A stretch of DNA of 64,000 nt from Syntrophales bacterium (GTDB lineage: Bacteria; Desulfobacterota; Syntrophia; Syntrophales; PHBD01). A program made the translations under genes and the position numbers. The DNA lies in contig OY764159.1 in assembly GCA_963668175.1 (NCBI GenBank), forward strand, positions 2,272,001 through 2,336,000, written 5' to 3'. The stretch's first letter is position 1; every line of letters begins with the position of its first letter. The notes beneath the pieces were generated by a model. The model was not told the origin of the DNA and made no database searches. It saw nothing but the letters and a program-made list of their open reading frames with translations. Positions 49,286 through 59,085 of the stretch are shown in pieces.

Positions 49286-52200
49286 TCATTTGGCTGTCGC
49301 CAGGGGGAAGTCCATGCCGCGCGAATCCACGACGGGGAATTGCGCCTCCTTCCGGTATTTCATCGTGATGTCGGGCAGGCGGTTCTCCACGTGCGTCATG
49401 AGCCTGCGGACCGTTACGGTCCTGTCGTCCGCGGACGCCCCGCCTTTCAGGCCTTCCAGGAGCGTATACGTGAAGACGCCGTGCCCCAGCTCCTTCACTT
49501 CCGCCGCGAACTGGTCCTTGGTGGAGGCGGCGATGACGTGGACGCCCGTGGAGCGCGACAGCTGCGAGAGCGCCTTGCGGTCCTCAAAGCCGCGCATGGC
49601 GATAAGCATGGCGCCCGCCTTGCAGGAGTCGATCATCACGAGGACCTTCTGGGCCCTGATGTTCCGGATCAGTCCGGCGATGTCGTCCGAGGAGATGCCT
49701 TTCGCTCTCACCTCGTCCTCCCTCTCCGGGTAGGCAATCTCATGGGGGATGAAGTACCACTTGTCCGCGATGTTCTCGCCGTGGCCCGCGAGGTAGATGA
49801 GCACGACGTCCTGGGGATTCGTCCCTTCCAGGTTTTTCAGCTGCGCCGTGATGTTCGCTTTCGTGGCCTGTTCGTCGTAGACGTCGTTGATGCTGATCTT
49901 TTTGAAAAGACCCGGCCCTTTCTCCCGGAAGAAGGCCGCGATGCCCTTCGCGTCCGGAACGGCGTAGTTCAGGTTCAGCGCGGGGTTCCTGTATGTGTTG
50001 ATGCCCACGGCCAGGACGCTCATGGCGATCTCCTTCTGCGGGGCGGTGAGGACGACCGTCAGTTCGTACGGGTTCGATTCCGTCCTGTCCCTGCTGAATC
50101 CCGCGGCCCGGAAGGTGTTTGTCCCGTCGACGAGGGCGACGCTGTAAGTCTTGGTCGTTTCCTTTTCCTTCGCCGCGATCCTGACGGCCCGCATATCTTC
50201 GCCTACGGCCTTGCCGTTGTGGTAGAGGCGTATTTCGTCGATGCCGCCGCCCGTGTCTCTGGCCGCGACCGTCACGGAGACGGTGTCGCTGCCGATCGTC
50301 TCGTTCGGGGCGGGGGAGACGATCCGCACCTCCGGCGGCGTCATGACGCCTTTGCGGATGTCCGCGGCGGCTTCGATTTTTTTGCCCTGCAACACGGACG
50401 CCACGTAGGCGGGGTTGAAGAATTTTTCGTAGAAGTTGTCGATCGCGTAAACCTTGTTGCCGATTCTTACGTTTATATGGCCGGCTCCGTTAGGCGATGC
50501 ATTGAAGTATCCGTCGGGCGTGACGGCAACCCATTCGCCGTTGGAAAAAGCCGTCCATGTGCAGATTTCGCTGCCCCCGGCGACATCCCATATTTTGATG
50601 ACCCCGCCTGCATCGCCGGAAAGGATTCGACGCCCGTCGGCCTGAACGGCTATGGACTGGACGTGGTCGGCATGTCCCCGAAGCGTTTTGACGACGCTTC
50701 CCGTCGCTGTATCGAACAACTTGATGTCGGGACCGCTGCCTGCGACGACCTGCCGCCCGTCCGGACTGAATGCGACGGTAACGATAGATTCGTCCTTGTC
50801 CGTCTTGAATTCCCGCATCAGCCTGCCTGCGGCGATATCCCAGAGATCGATGTAACTGTGAGGATTGCCCAGCGTCACCGCCATCCCCCCCAGGAGCACA
50901 TATTTACCATCGGGGCTGAAGGCGATTTTTCTCAGGCTATGCGAATCGGCCGTGTACCGCTGGCTTTGCTGTCCCGCCCACAGCGTGACGGGCTTATCGA
51001 AGGATCTGATCCTCCTGCCCGTCGCCGCGTCGAAAAGATGCCTTCCCAGGACGGCATAACGGCCGTCGGGGCTCAATGCCGCAGCGTAGGAACTGAACGC
51101 ATCTCCCTCATCGCCCGCGAATGTCCGGACAAGCTGCCCGGTATGATAGTCCCACATCCCGGCTTCCTTGCCGCCCTGTTTTACGGAAATACCGTAAAGA
51201 CGGCCGTTACGGCTTACGATGTCCGTATTATGGGGACCTTTAAGAGTCCTGATCGTTTTGCCCGATGACGGGTCCCAAAAGGTTACGGTGCTGTCCGTTA
51301 ATGAGGAGGAAACGATGGATCGGCCGTCAGGCGTAACAACTACGCCCGTAATGTCCTTGTGCCCCTTGAGCGTCTTCATCAGGCGTCCGCTCGATAAATC
51401 CCATAGCTGGACGCCTCCGTGGTAACTTCCCGCAATGGCGTGCGGCGTGTCCGGACTGAACGCAACAGAGTATACGGCGCTGGCGGAGGTCCGGTCTCTG
51501 AATGTTCCCAGTTCCCTGCCCGTCGTCATCTCCCAGATTTTGACGCCGGAGCCCCCGGAAAACAGCCGGCGGCCGTCCGCGCTGAAGGACATCGCCCTGA
51601 CGTACGGGTGATCGAAAGTCGCAATCTCCCGGCCTGTCGATAATTCCCATATCTTGATTTTTCCCCCGTTTTCGTTTCCCGCTGCGGCATATTTCCCGTC
51701 CGGGCTGAACTGCACGGTGCTTATGCTCGCGGCATCCATCGGCAGCGGTCTGACCAGGCGGCCCGTCGATGCGTCCCATAGCTTGACGGCGATATTCTCT
51801 TTCTCGACGAGATTGGAATGCCCGGAAAGGATGTATTGCCCGTCGGGGCTGAAAGCGACGGCCTTGATTCCCGATGTGCTGCGGTCCCAGTGGCGGAATG
51901 TCCTGACGATTTCACCCGTGTTGGCATTCCAGAGGACGACGTCGTTCCAGTCCTTCATATCGAGACGCGCAGACGGGTTACCGCCGGCCAGGACATAACG
52001 GCCGTCCGGGCTCACCGCGACGCTGTGCACGAAAGTGAAGGGGCCTTGAAAGGTCCGGACGTTTCTGCCCGTCGCAATATCCCAGAGCCTGGCCGTGCCG
52101 TCGTTGCTTCCCGATACGGCATAACGGCCGTCGGCGCTCACGGCCACGGAATTGACCTGACCAGCATGCCCCTGAAATGCCCTGATCTCCGAACCCGTGA

Positions 52201-52519
52201 CCACATCCCAGAGCCTGCGTGTGTTGTCTTCGCTTCCGGACAGCGCAAACGCCCCGTCGCGGCTGAAGGCGACGGAGAGCACGTTTCGGGCATGGCCCTT
52301 GAATGCCCTGATCTCCCTGCCTGAGGAAACGTCCCAGAGTCTTATGGCCGGATCGTAGCCGCTTGTCAGAAGATAGCGGCCGTCCCTGCTCAAATCCATG
52401 GCGACGGCATGCGACAGCGGCTGCTGAACGAACAGTTCCGGTTGCTCCGCGGCGACAGACGGCAGCGGCACGGCAAACACGGCTAACAAAAGGACGATTC
52501 TCGCAACAAGCGTTGGCAT
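49286..52519 (-). CDS. exported WD40-repeat protein with C-terminal caspase-like (peptidase C14) domain
   Basis: Signal peptide; many GH...VAFSPDG...LWD repeats; AVGIN.Y, LAGHG (His) and IDSCKAG (Cys). Confidence 0.92.
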   Translation of the reverse strand: MPTLVARIVLLLAVFAVPLPSVAAEQPELFVQQPLSHAVAMDLSRDGRYLLTSGYDPAIRLWDVSSGREIRAFKGHARNVLSVAFSRDGAFALSGSEDNTRRLWDVVTGSEIRAFQGHAGQVNSVAVSADGRYAVSGSNDGTARLWDIATGRNVRTFQGPFTFVHSVAVSPDGRYVLAGGNPSARLDMKDWNDVVLWNANTGEIVRTFRHWDRSTSGIKAVAFSPDGQYILSGHSNLVEKENIAVKLWDASTGRLVRPLPMDAASISTVQFSPDGKYAAAGNENGGKIKIWELSTGREIATFDHPYVRAMSFSADGRRLFSGGSGVKIWEMTTGRELGTFRDRTSASAVYSVAFSPDTPHAIAGSYHGGVQLWDLSSGRLMKTLKGHKDITGVVVTPDGRSIVSSSLTDSTVTFWDPSSGKTIRTLKGPHNTDIVSRNGRLYGISVKQGGKEAGMWDYHTGQLVRTFAGDEGDAFSSYAAALSPDGRYAVLGRHLFDAATGRRIRSFDKPVTLWAGQQSQRYTADSHSLRKIAFSPDGKYVLLGGMAVTLGNPHSYIDLWDIAAGRLMREFKTDKDESIVTVAFSPDGRQVVAGSGPDIKLFDTATGSVVKTLRGHADHVQSIAVQADGRRILSGDAGGVIKIWDVAGGSEICTWTAFSNGEWVAVTPDGYFNASPNGAGHINVRIGNKVYAIDNFYEKFFNPAYVASVLQGKKIEAAADIRKGVMTPPEVRIVSPAPNETIGSDTVSVTVAARDTGGGIDEIRLYHNGKAVGEDMRAVRIAAKEKETTKTYSVALVDGTNTFRAAGFSRDRTESNPYELTVVLTAPQKEIAMSVLAVGINTYRNPALNLNYAVPDAKGIAAFFREKGPGLFKKISINDVYDEQATKANITAQLKNLEGTNPQDVVLIYLAGHGENIADKWYFIPHEIAYPEREDEVRAKGISSDDIAGLIRNIRAQKVLVMIDSCKAGAMLIAMRGFEDRKALSQLSRSTGVHVIAASTKDQFAAEVKELGHGVFTYTLLEGLKGGASADDRTVTVRRLMTHVENRLPDITMKYRKEAQFPVVDSRGMDFPLATAK

Positions 52520-52731
52520 GGGCGGGCACTCCTTTTATTAAGGGGTATGACGGTATATTATCGCAGTTTGCAGGGGGCGGCAAGCCTGCAGATGAAAATA
52601 ACGTCAGGGGGACGGAATTGTTGATGCCGGCTGGAAATCCTAAGCGAAGCCATGAATTGCCGGGTCGCAATACCTGAAACCCCGTCGGTTTTCGGATGAG
52701 GCGCGGTCTAAGGGGAATAATCCTGTAAAAT

Positions 52732-52927
52732 CGTATGTATACTTTACATGTTGGGCCATGTCCGTAACGTTCTCTATGCTCTTCCAAATTTACCCAAAAC
52801 GGCGATTTTTGCCTCCCGCGCTGTCGATATTCTTTACATAAATTTACATCATTTTCGGGGCAATGGAACGAAAAAAGGAGAATGCTTCGCATGCATAATG
52901 AGTTAGGCGTTTGGCATTATCGATGCA
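52732..52927 (+). promoter_or_regulatory. paired boxes and sigma54 promoter of PEP-CTERM gene 2
   Basis: CGTATGTATACTTTACA (52732-52748), TGTCGATATTCTTTACA (52822-52838), TGGCATTATCGATGCA (52912-52927). Confidence 0.75.
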
Positions 52928-53055
52928 TTCCTAGGACTCCTGTCAAAGAAGGGCGGCAACCCGGCCGTCTGCCATGGTTTTAAGGCGGTTGCCGCGGCAA
53001 GGAAACAAGTGAACAGGAACATAACCAGATGATCTATCCAATGAAAGGGAGCATC

Positions 53056-53802
53056 ATGAAAAAAATGAGGGAAACAAAATTCGGAATTGCCTTGGGCATA
53101 GCCGTCCTGCTGTTCGTATGGACGTCACCGGTGCAGGCGACGACTTTCAATCTTTCGACGCTTAACGTCAATCCCACCGGCAATCACGGTTACTACACAG
53201 GGACGGGTGGTACCGGCACCTACGTTTTCAGCAGTGCCGGTGTACAGCAAAATCCGTGGACGCAGAGTCTCGGCAACCCGGATCAGGCATCGATAAACTT
53301 TTCGGTACCCACCATGGGAAACAACGGCGGCAAAATCTACATGACTGCCGGTGCGCTGTTTCCGATCCCGACCGGCCAAACGCTGGGCGCGGGCCAGACC
53401 GGCTACAGCGGAGATTACAATCTGGGCAGCTTCCCGCTCTACTTCGCGTTCTCCAACCCGACCTACGATAACAACTGCGGTTTCAACTGCAACACCATCA
53501 CCCAGAGACCCGTCACGCTCAACTCTTTATGGGTAACGGGCGGTACTGGCGCGACCATCACCGGTTATTCCGATCTCGGGCATACCGTGCTCTACACCAT
53601 GGTGATCACCGGCAGCGGCCTTCAGCAGATCATCCTCAACTGGACCGGCGTCGAGGAAGTCTCGATTTCCGGCAGCGGTTTCTACGTTAACGATATTGAG
53701 GTGAACGACCCCATTGCCGCCGTTCCTGAACCGGCCAGCATGCTGCTTCTCGGCTTCGGGCTCGCCGGCGCCGCGTTCGCGCGGAAAAAATTCCGGAAAT
53801 AG
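53056..53802 (+). CDS. PEP-CTERM sorting domain protein 2
   Basis: Signal peptide ending VQA; Thr/Gly/Asn-rich body; VPEPASMLLLGFGLAGAAFARKKFRK. Confidence 0.92.
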   Translation: MKKMRETKFGIALGIAVLLFVWTSPVQATTFNLSTLNVNPTGNHGYYTGTGGTGTYVFSSAGVQQNPWTQSLGNPDQASINFSVPTMGNNGGKIYMTAGALFPIPTGQTLGAGQTGYSGDYNLGSFPLYFAFSNPTYDNNCGFNCNTITQRPVTLNSLWVTGGTGATITGYSDLGHTVLYTMVITGSGLQQIILNWTGVEEVSISGSGFYVNDIEVNDPIAAVPEPASMLLLGFGLAGAAFARKKFRK

Positions 53803-53825
53803 CATCCGTCAGGAAGGGAAAGACG

Positions 53826-53860
53826 AAGGCAGGGTCGAAAACGGCCCTGCCTTTGTTGTT
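53826..53860 (+). terminator. intrinsic terminator
   Basis: AAGGCAGGGTCG-AAAA-CGGCCCTGCCTT followed by a T-rich tract. Confidence 0.75.
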
Positions 53861-53952
53861 TATGGATCGACATCTGCCGTCTTCCCGATCCTGTTCCAGC
53901 GGTTTCGCCGCGATCGCCCCAAACGATGGTTTTCCGCCGCTTCGTTTCCGGT

Positions 53953-54573
53953 TCAGATTCTTCGCGCGTTGCTGTCGGGATAAGGGTATTCCATGTGTTT
54001 GGCCGTCGCCCGGGCGATGGATTCGCCGCAATAACGGGCGACGACTTTCAGGGCCAGGTCGATGCCGGCGGAGATGCCCGCCGAGGTGACGACGTTTCCG
54101 TCGTCGACGACGTGCTCGTCGTATGAGACGGATACGGACGGAAAGGACTCGCGCATCCAGTCGAGGGAGCGCCAGTGGGTCGTGGCGCGGCGGCCGTCGA
54201 GCAGGCCGGCGAAGCCTAAGAGCATGGAGCCCGTGCAGACCGAAGTGAGAAGTTCCGCTTCGGCGGTGCGGCGGCGCAGCCATTCCAGGAAGGCCGGATT
54301 GTTCATCTCCCTGCGGGTGCCCCAGCCGCCGGGGACGCAGAGGATATCGAGCTTCGGGCAGTTTTCGAAGCCGCAGTCGGAGACGACGCGCATCCCGCCG
54401 GAGGCGGTAACCGTCCCGCCCCGTTCTGACACCAGCCTGACGTCGAACGGCGACGGGTCCTCCCGCCGCGTCTCCTCGTCGAGGCGCGTCGTGGAAAAGA
54501 CCTCGAACGGTCCGCAGAAGTCGAGCACCTCGACGTCGTCGAAAATAACGATCCCTATGGTCTTTCTTTCCAT
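53953..54573 (-). CDS. DJ-1/PfpI family protein (isonitrile hydratase-like)
   Basis: EVLDFCGPFEVF, VPGG.G, SVCTGS, ATTHW, TSAGISAGID. Confidence 0.9.
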   Translation of the reverse strand: MERKTIGIVIFDDVEVLDFCGPFEVFSTTRLDEETRREDPSPFDVRLVSERGGTVTASGGMRVVSDCGFENCPKLDILCVPGGWGTRREMNNPAFLEWLRRRTAEAELLTSVCTGSMLLGFAGLLDGRRATTHWRSLDWMRESFPSVSVSYDEHVVDDGNVVTSAGISAGIDLALKVVARYCGESIARATAKHMEYPYPDSNARRI

Positions 54574-54662
54574 GAAAGTATCATTCCCTCTTTCGTTTTC
54601 GTGCGTTTCCGGATTTAACGCCGTGTTGCATCTGCGCGCCGTGAAGGCCGTTCGAATTGCCG

Positions 54663-55205
54663 TCAGGCCTTCATCTGTTTCGATTTGCCCTTGCGGTAGA
54701 CCAGGGGGATGATGATGCGGCAGAGGAATTTCCTCCAGCCCGTAAGTTCGAACGCGACATCCGTGAGGCTGCGGCCGCAGTTGCCGCACCTGGCCGCGTA
54801 CCAGGAAAACGGCTCGCCGCAGTCCGGGCAGGCCCAGCGCTTCTTCTGCGCCGCCATCCAGGCGTCCGTGCCGTCGCGTTTGATCGCATCCAGGCTCGCC
54901 GCCGCTTCGCCCACGTGCGGGAGAATGCTTGCCGCCCCCTGCCATCGCTTGTACAGGGCGCAGGGATAGTCGGCGCATTCGACGCAGTGCGCAACACCCA
55001 TTTTCGCCACGCAGTCGCGGAACGTGCACATTCGGCAGCCTGCATAGACCTTGTCCGATTTGCAGCCGTTGCAGGCGAGTTCCTCCCTGGGCACGCTGCC
55101 GAGGCATGCGGTGAATCCGTCGGTTCGTCCCGTCCTGCCGTACGTTGCAATCGAGCATGCGCCGCAGTAGATTCCGCAATAGGTGTCGGGGTTGAAGTCT
55201 TCCAT
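54663..55205 (-). CDS. DUF3795-like Cys-rich protein
   Basis: CGIYCGAC...CNGC...C.FRDC...HC.EC.DYPC plus a zinc ribbon. Confidence 0.8.
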   Translation of the reverse strand: MEDFNPDTYCGIYCGACSIATYGRTGRTDGFTACLGSVPREELACNGCKSDKVYAGCRMCTFRDCVAKMGVAHCVECADYPCALYKRWQGAASILPHVGEAAASLDAIKRDGTDAWMAAQKKRWACPDCGEPFSWYAARCGNCGRSLTDVAFELTGWRKFLCRIIIPLVYRKGKSKQMKA

Positions 55206-55220
55206 CAGGTTATCTCCGTC

Positions 55221-55652
55221 TCAGCGGCTGTTCCTCGCCTTCACTGCCGCCTCGTAGATCTGTGCGTTATCGCGGATGTAGGTTTCCGTCAGCGTGAGTC
55301 CGTGTGCATAAGGTTTGCCTTTTTTGTCGACGGTGACAAACGTCGCCATGCCCGTGACAAAAGGGGTCCCGCTGGAGTTCACAAAGGCCTTGCCGTGGGC
55401 CGTGATGCTCTTGGTGCCCAGAAAAGCGATCCGGGCCTCCAAATCCAGCACGTCCCCTTTCGTGGCCGGTCTTACGAAATCCATGCCGTGAATCCGGACG
55501 CAGACGATGTCCTCCGGCCTGCCGAGGAGCTTGATGGCCGCGATCAGGCATCCCTCCACCAGCCATTCGGACATTCTGCCCGCGAAGAGGGTCCCGTGAT
55601 GGTTGAGATCCTCCGATTTGATGATATGCGATATCCTCGTCTCTTCAAACAT
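55221..55652 (-). CDS. hotdog-fold acyl-CoA thioesterase
   Basis: DLNHHGTLFAG, F..P...GD, TFVTVD..GKP..HG. Confidence 0.85.
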   Translation of the reverse strand: MFEETRISHIIKSEDLNHHGTLFAGRMSEWLVEGCLIAAIKLLGRPEDIVCVRIHGMDFVRPATKGDVLDLEARIAFLGTKSITAHGKAFVNSSGTPFVTGMATFVTVDKKGKPYAHGLTLTETYIRDNAQIYEAAVKARNSR

Positions 55653-55679
55653 GCCCGCACCTCCGGCTCGCTTCTTTTG

Positions 55680-56081
55680 TTATTTGTCCCTTTCGAGATG
55701 AATCCAGTCCAGAATATGCCTCTTGCGGAAGAAGGCCCGCTCCAGGATATCGAGTTCTTCCTGTGTGCAGGCCGCGGCGGCCTTTGTATGAAACGCGTCC
55801 GACCTATCGAAGGCGGCCGCGACGAGGCCGCAGGGATACAAATCGCAGAGGCCGCAGTTCCTGACCCCGCGCCTATGCGCGCAGTCGCGGATTTCCGGAT
55901 AGGCGCACGCGTTTTCCGGGCGGCAGCCTTTGCAGGCCATGGATTCGGCCGGAAAGTCCTCCGCCCTCAGTCCGAGGCGGACCCACCACGCCTTCACGTC
56001 TTCGAGGTCTTTGGCCTTGCCGCTTTCGGTTGCAATGTATCTGGGACAGTCCACGCAACTGTCTCCGCAGATTCCGATCAT
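55680..56081 (-). CDS. DUF3795-like Cys-rich protein
   Basis: CGDSCVDCPRY...CKGC...C....IRDC...NCGLCDLYPC. Confidence 0.8.
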   Translation of the reverse strand: MIGICGDSCVDCPRYIATESGKAKDLEDVKAWWVRLGLRAEDFPAESMACKGCRPENACAYPEIRDCAHRRGVRNCGLCDLYPCGLVAAAFDRSDAFHTKAAAACTQEELDILERAFFRKRHILDWIHLERDK

Positions 56082-56386
56082 GGTTGTCCTTTCGAATTCG
56101 GAAATCAACGTCCCTGCGCAGTGTTTTGCGCATCCGCTTCGGGCCTGTTTGAGATATCGGAATGATACTTGTGCCCATGACGCGGAATATGCGCCAAACC
56201 TGCCCGCATTTGCGTTTATTGTCAAGACGAAATATGAGCGAATATCTCTATTTAAAGCATCGGGGATGGAAGCATAACGGGAACGAGCGCCGCACGGATG
56301 GAAAACATAACGGATGTTCCTGTTCCTTTAAGGGTTACGCAACGGGAATACGTCGCGCGGCGGCTGTGTCCCCCCGCCCGTGCAAG

Positions 56387-56414
56387 AAAGGGGTTCCCCG
56401 ATGGGAACCCCTTT
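56387..56414. terminator. probable bidirectional terminator
   Basis: AAAGGGGTTCCC-CGAT-GGGAACCCCTTT. Confidence 0.75.
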
Positions 56415-56460
56415 TTGTTGTCGAAGCGAATGCCGGGTTTACGATGAACGAAACGGTGCG

Positions 56461-57618
56461 TCAGCGCTGGTTGCCGTAGATCTTGGCGAAGCCGTTCCCC
56501 CGCGAGCCTTGATTCTGGCAGACGGAGTTCCGGTCCAGGTCGAGGTTGTACCACCCGGCGGACAGGTCGAGGGACACGTCGAATATCCGCTCGCACCACT
56601 GGCGCTGATGCGTATCGCAGTTGCCCTGCCTGGAGGCGATGCCCGCCGCGCCATGGGGGCCGTTCAGGATGGCCGAGAGGTTCCCGCCGTCCCTTCGCGC
56701 GTCGCTCCAGACGACGATGCGCGAGACAAATGAATCGCGCCGGAGTTCGAACCTGACGCGGTTCGTCGTGCTGCACACGTAGCCGTTCCAGTTGTCGAAG
56801 AGGACCATGTCCGGCGACGGCCCGGGGCCCTTTGTACGGGCGGGCGCGGCGCAGGTGTACATGCGGCCGGGGCTGGCCCCGCCGCGGCAGGATTCGGTGG
56901 CGACGTTCTTGTAGGTGCAATTACGGTCCCAGCAGACGGCGGTCTGGCCGCGGAAAGCGTCGGTGCATTTCGACGGGTCGGGATTCGGCCCGGAGGAACC
57001 GGCGACGTCGCGGCCGGGGCAGTCGCCGATGCCTGCGGACTGCCAGTTTCCGATATTCGCGCGCTGCGCGGGGCGTGCGTCGCAGACATACATGCGGCCG
57101 GGGCTGGCTCCGCCGCGGCAGGAATCGACGGCGACGTTCTTGTAGGTGCAATTACGGTCCCAGCATACGGCGGTCTGTCCCTGGAAGGCGTCGGTGCATT
57201 TCGCCGGGTCGGGGTTCGGCCCGGAGGAACCGGCGACGTCGCGTCCCGGGCAGTCGCCGATGCCGACGGACCGCCAGTTTCCGATATGGACCGGCTGCGC
57301 GGGCGGCCCCTCGCAGACGTACATGCGGCCGGGGCTGGCTCCGCCGCGGCACGAATCGACGGCGACGTTCTTGTAGGTGCAGCCCTGGTTCCAGCAGACG
57401 GCGGTCTGTCCGCGGAAGGCGTCGGTGCATTTCGACGGATCGGGATTCGGCCCGGAGGAGCCGGCGACGTCGCGGCCGGGGCAGTCGCCGATGCCGACGG
57501 ACCGCCAGTGGTTGGGGCCCGCAGCCTGGACCGATGCCGCGCAGAAAACAACAATGAAAAGGACGATCAAGGCCGCTTCCCACGGACGGCGATCTCCCGA
57601 TAATCTGTAACGGTTCAT
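56461..57618 (-). CDS. exported protein with three 77-aa Cys-rich repeats
   Basis: Signal peptide ending VQA; three copies of WxSxGIGDCPGRDVAGSSGPNPDP.KC...MY.C; AAGGAGG SD. Confidence 0.85.
   Translation of the reverse strand: MNRYRLSGDRRPWEAALIVLFIVVFCAASVQAAGPNHWRSVGIGDCPGRDVAGSSGPNPDPSKCTDAFRGQTAVCWNQGCTYKNVAVDSCRGGASPGRMYVCEGPPAQPVHIGNWRSVGIGDCPGRDVAGSSGPNPDPAKCTDAFQGQTAVCWDRNCTYKNVAVDSCRGGASPGRMYVCDARPAQRANIGNWQSAGIGDCPGRDVAGSSGPNPDPSKCTDAFRGQTAVCWDRNCTYKNVATESCRGGASPGRMYTCAAPARTKGPGPSPDMVLFDNWNGYVCSTTNRVRFELRRDSFVSRIVVWSDARRDGGNLSAILNGPHGAAGIASRQGNCDTHQRQWCERIFDVSLDLSAGWYNLDLDRNSVCQNQGSRGNGFAKIYGNQR
56851..57507 (-). repeat. intragenic tandem repeat with 231-bp period, three units
   Basis: Unit starts at 57507, 57276 and 57045, exactly 231 bp apart. 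Confidence 0.92.
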
Positions 57619-57774
57619 GGAACCTCCTTGAAAATGAAATCCGTTTGACGGTTTAAAAGACTATAGAGGCGGGGCGTCCGCCTGTCAAATGGATATTGGC
57701 AAATGATGATTGCGGAACGATTCCGCCCATATCCTCACGGCGGCGGGACGCCGAAGACCTGCCTTTTCGGGGAA

Positions 57775-58950
57775 TCAGTACGGCGAAGCCGGTCCGGACG
57801 GCGAGGGGCCGCCGCCTGGCTTGAGGCTGAGGGCAAGGAGCCCGGCGATCAGCGGCGTCCAGATGAGCAGGTGGATGGCATAAACGATGCCGTGGTACTC
57901 GGCGATGAGGCCGACGAGACCTACGCCCAGGCCGCCGATGCCGATGCTGAAGCCGAGCATGAGTCCCGACGCCATGGCGGCGTTGGCGCTGACGAGCTCC
58001 TGCGCGGCGACGGTTGTGACGGAGAAGGATGCGAGCAGGCTTGCGCCCGCGAGGGCCATGGTGACGTATCCCCAGAGGCCGTCCGTTTCGAGAAAGAGAT
58101 AAAAGAGCGGGCTTGCGGCGAGGAGGGAAAGGACGATGACCCGCTTGCGGCCGAAGATGTCCGAAAGGTAGCCGCCGGCGAGGCCCCCCATGGCGCCGGC
58201 AAAGAGCATGATGAAGAGAAAGCGGCTGCCGGCGAGCAGCGAGATGTTGCGCTCGTGGAGATAGAGCGGCAGGAAGGCCACGAGCCCGAAGTAGGCGAGG
58301 GAGCGGCACGACACGACCGTCATGATCTTGGCGAGCTCGGGGCCGGCCTTTTTCAGGAGCGGGAGAAGCGGCACAGGGGCCGATTTTTTCCGGATGCCGT
58401 CGCGGGGGGCCGACAGCCACAAAAGCACGGCGACGACCGTACCCGGCAGGACAAACGAGGGCGTCGCAGCGAGACCGTAGGCGTTGACGAAGGGGACGGC
58501 GGCCAGGGGCGTCAGCGCCCAGCCGACGTTTCCCGACGCGATGAAGAGGGCCTGCATGAACCCTTTCCTGTCGCCGCTGACGGCGGACACCATCGCCGAG
58601 GCCTGGGGGTGGAAGGCGGCGGTGCCAAGACCCGCGAACGTCACGACGGCGATCAGGACCCAGTAATTCCCGATGACGCCGATGAGGGACAGAAGCGCGG
58701 CCATCCAGAACGTTCCGACATAGACCATCCAGCGCTGGTTCTTCTGGTCCACGAGATACCCGAAGACCGGCTGCAGGAGGGACGACGTGATCGTGAAGGC
58801 GGAGATCAGAAACGCCCCCTTGCTGACACTTAAGCCCGCCGCCACGAGGAAAGGCAGGAGCGTCTGGATGTAGTTCATGTACCAGTCGTTGAAGAGATGG
58901 GCGAGCGACAGGGAGAAGACTCTTCCGACACCGGGCAGGCCTTTGTTCAT
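57775..58950 (-). CDS. MFS transporter (Fsr / fosmidomycin resistance-like)
   Basis: AHLFND, LQPVFGYLVD, AAFHPQA, GYLSDIFGRK. Confidence 0.9.
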   Translation of the reverse strand: MNKGLPGVGRVFSLSLAHLFNDWYMNYIQTLLPFLVAAGLSVSKGAFLISAFTITSSLLQPVFGYLVDQKNQRWMVYVGTFWMAALLSLIGVIGNYWVLIAVVTFAGLGTAAFHPQASAMVSAVSGDRKGFMQALFIASGNVGWALTPLAAVPFVNAYGLAATPSFVLPGTVVAVLLWLSAPRDGIRKKSAPVPLLPLLKKAGPELAKIMTVVSCRSLAYFGLVAFLPLYLHERNISLLAGSRFLFIMLFAGAMGGLAGGYLSDIFGRKRVIVLSLLAASPLFYLFLETDGLWGYVTMALAGASLLASFSVTTVAAQELVSANAAMASGLMLGFSIGIGGLGVGLVGLIAEYHGIVYAIHLLIWTPLIAGLLALSLKPGGGPSPSGPASPY

Positions 58951-59085
58951 CGGGACCGATCGTTCCTCCGTGGAGACGTTTTATCGCCTACAGGATATCA
59001 CGGCGGTATCCGGGAAGTACAGCGGAAGATACGAAGACCCGCGATGGGCGAAACAGGGGGAGCCGGCCTGACGTCGATGCGGCGA

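Noticed and set aside
52943..52996. GCGGCAAC...GTTGCCGC hairpin and nearby GGTCTAAG, considered as a c-di-GMP-I riboswitch
   Set aside because: The GGCAAA/GAAA tetraloop/CGCAAAG core is not present in the right order on either strand; probably a simple 5' UTR stem.
53953..55179. 408-aa extended version of the DJ-1/PfpI ORF
   Set aside because: The extension overlaps the DUF3795-like gene in another frame; the likely start is the ATG at 54573.
56851..57507. Regular repeats considered as a CRISPR array
   Set aside because: The units are 231-bp in-frame coding repeats without unique spacers, and there are no cas genes.
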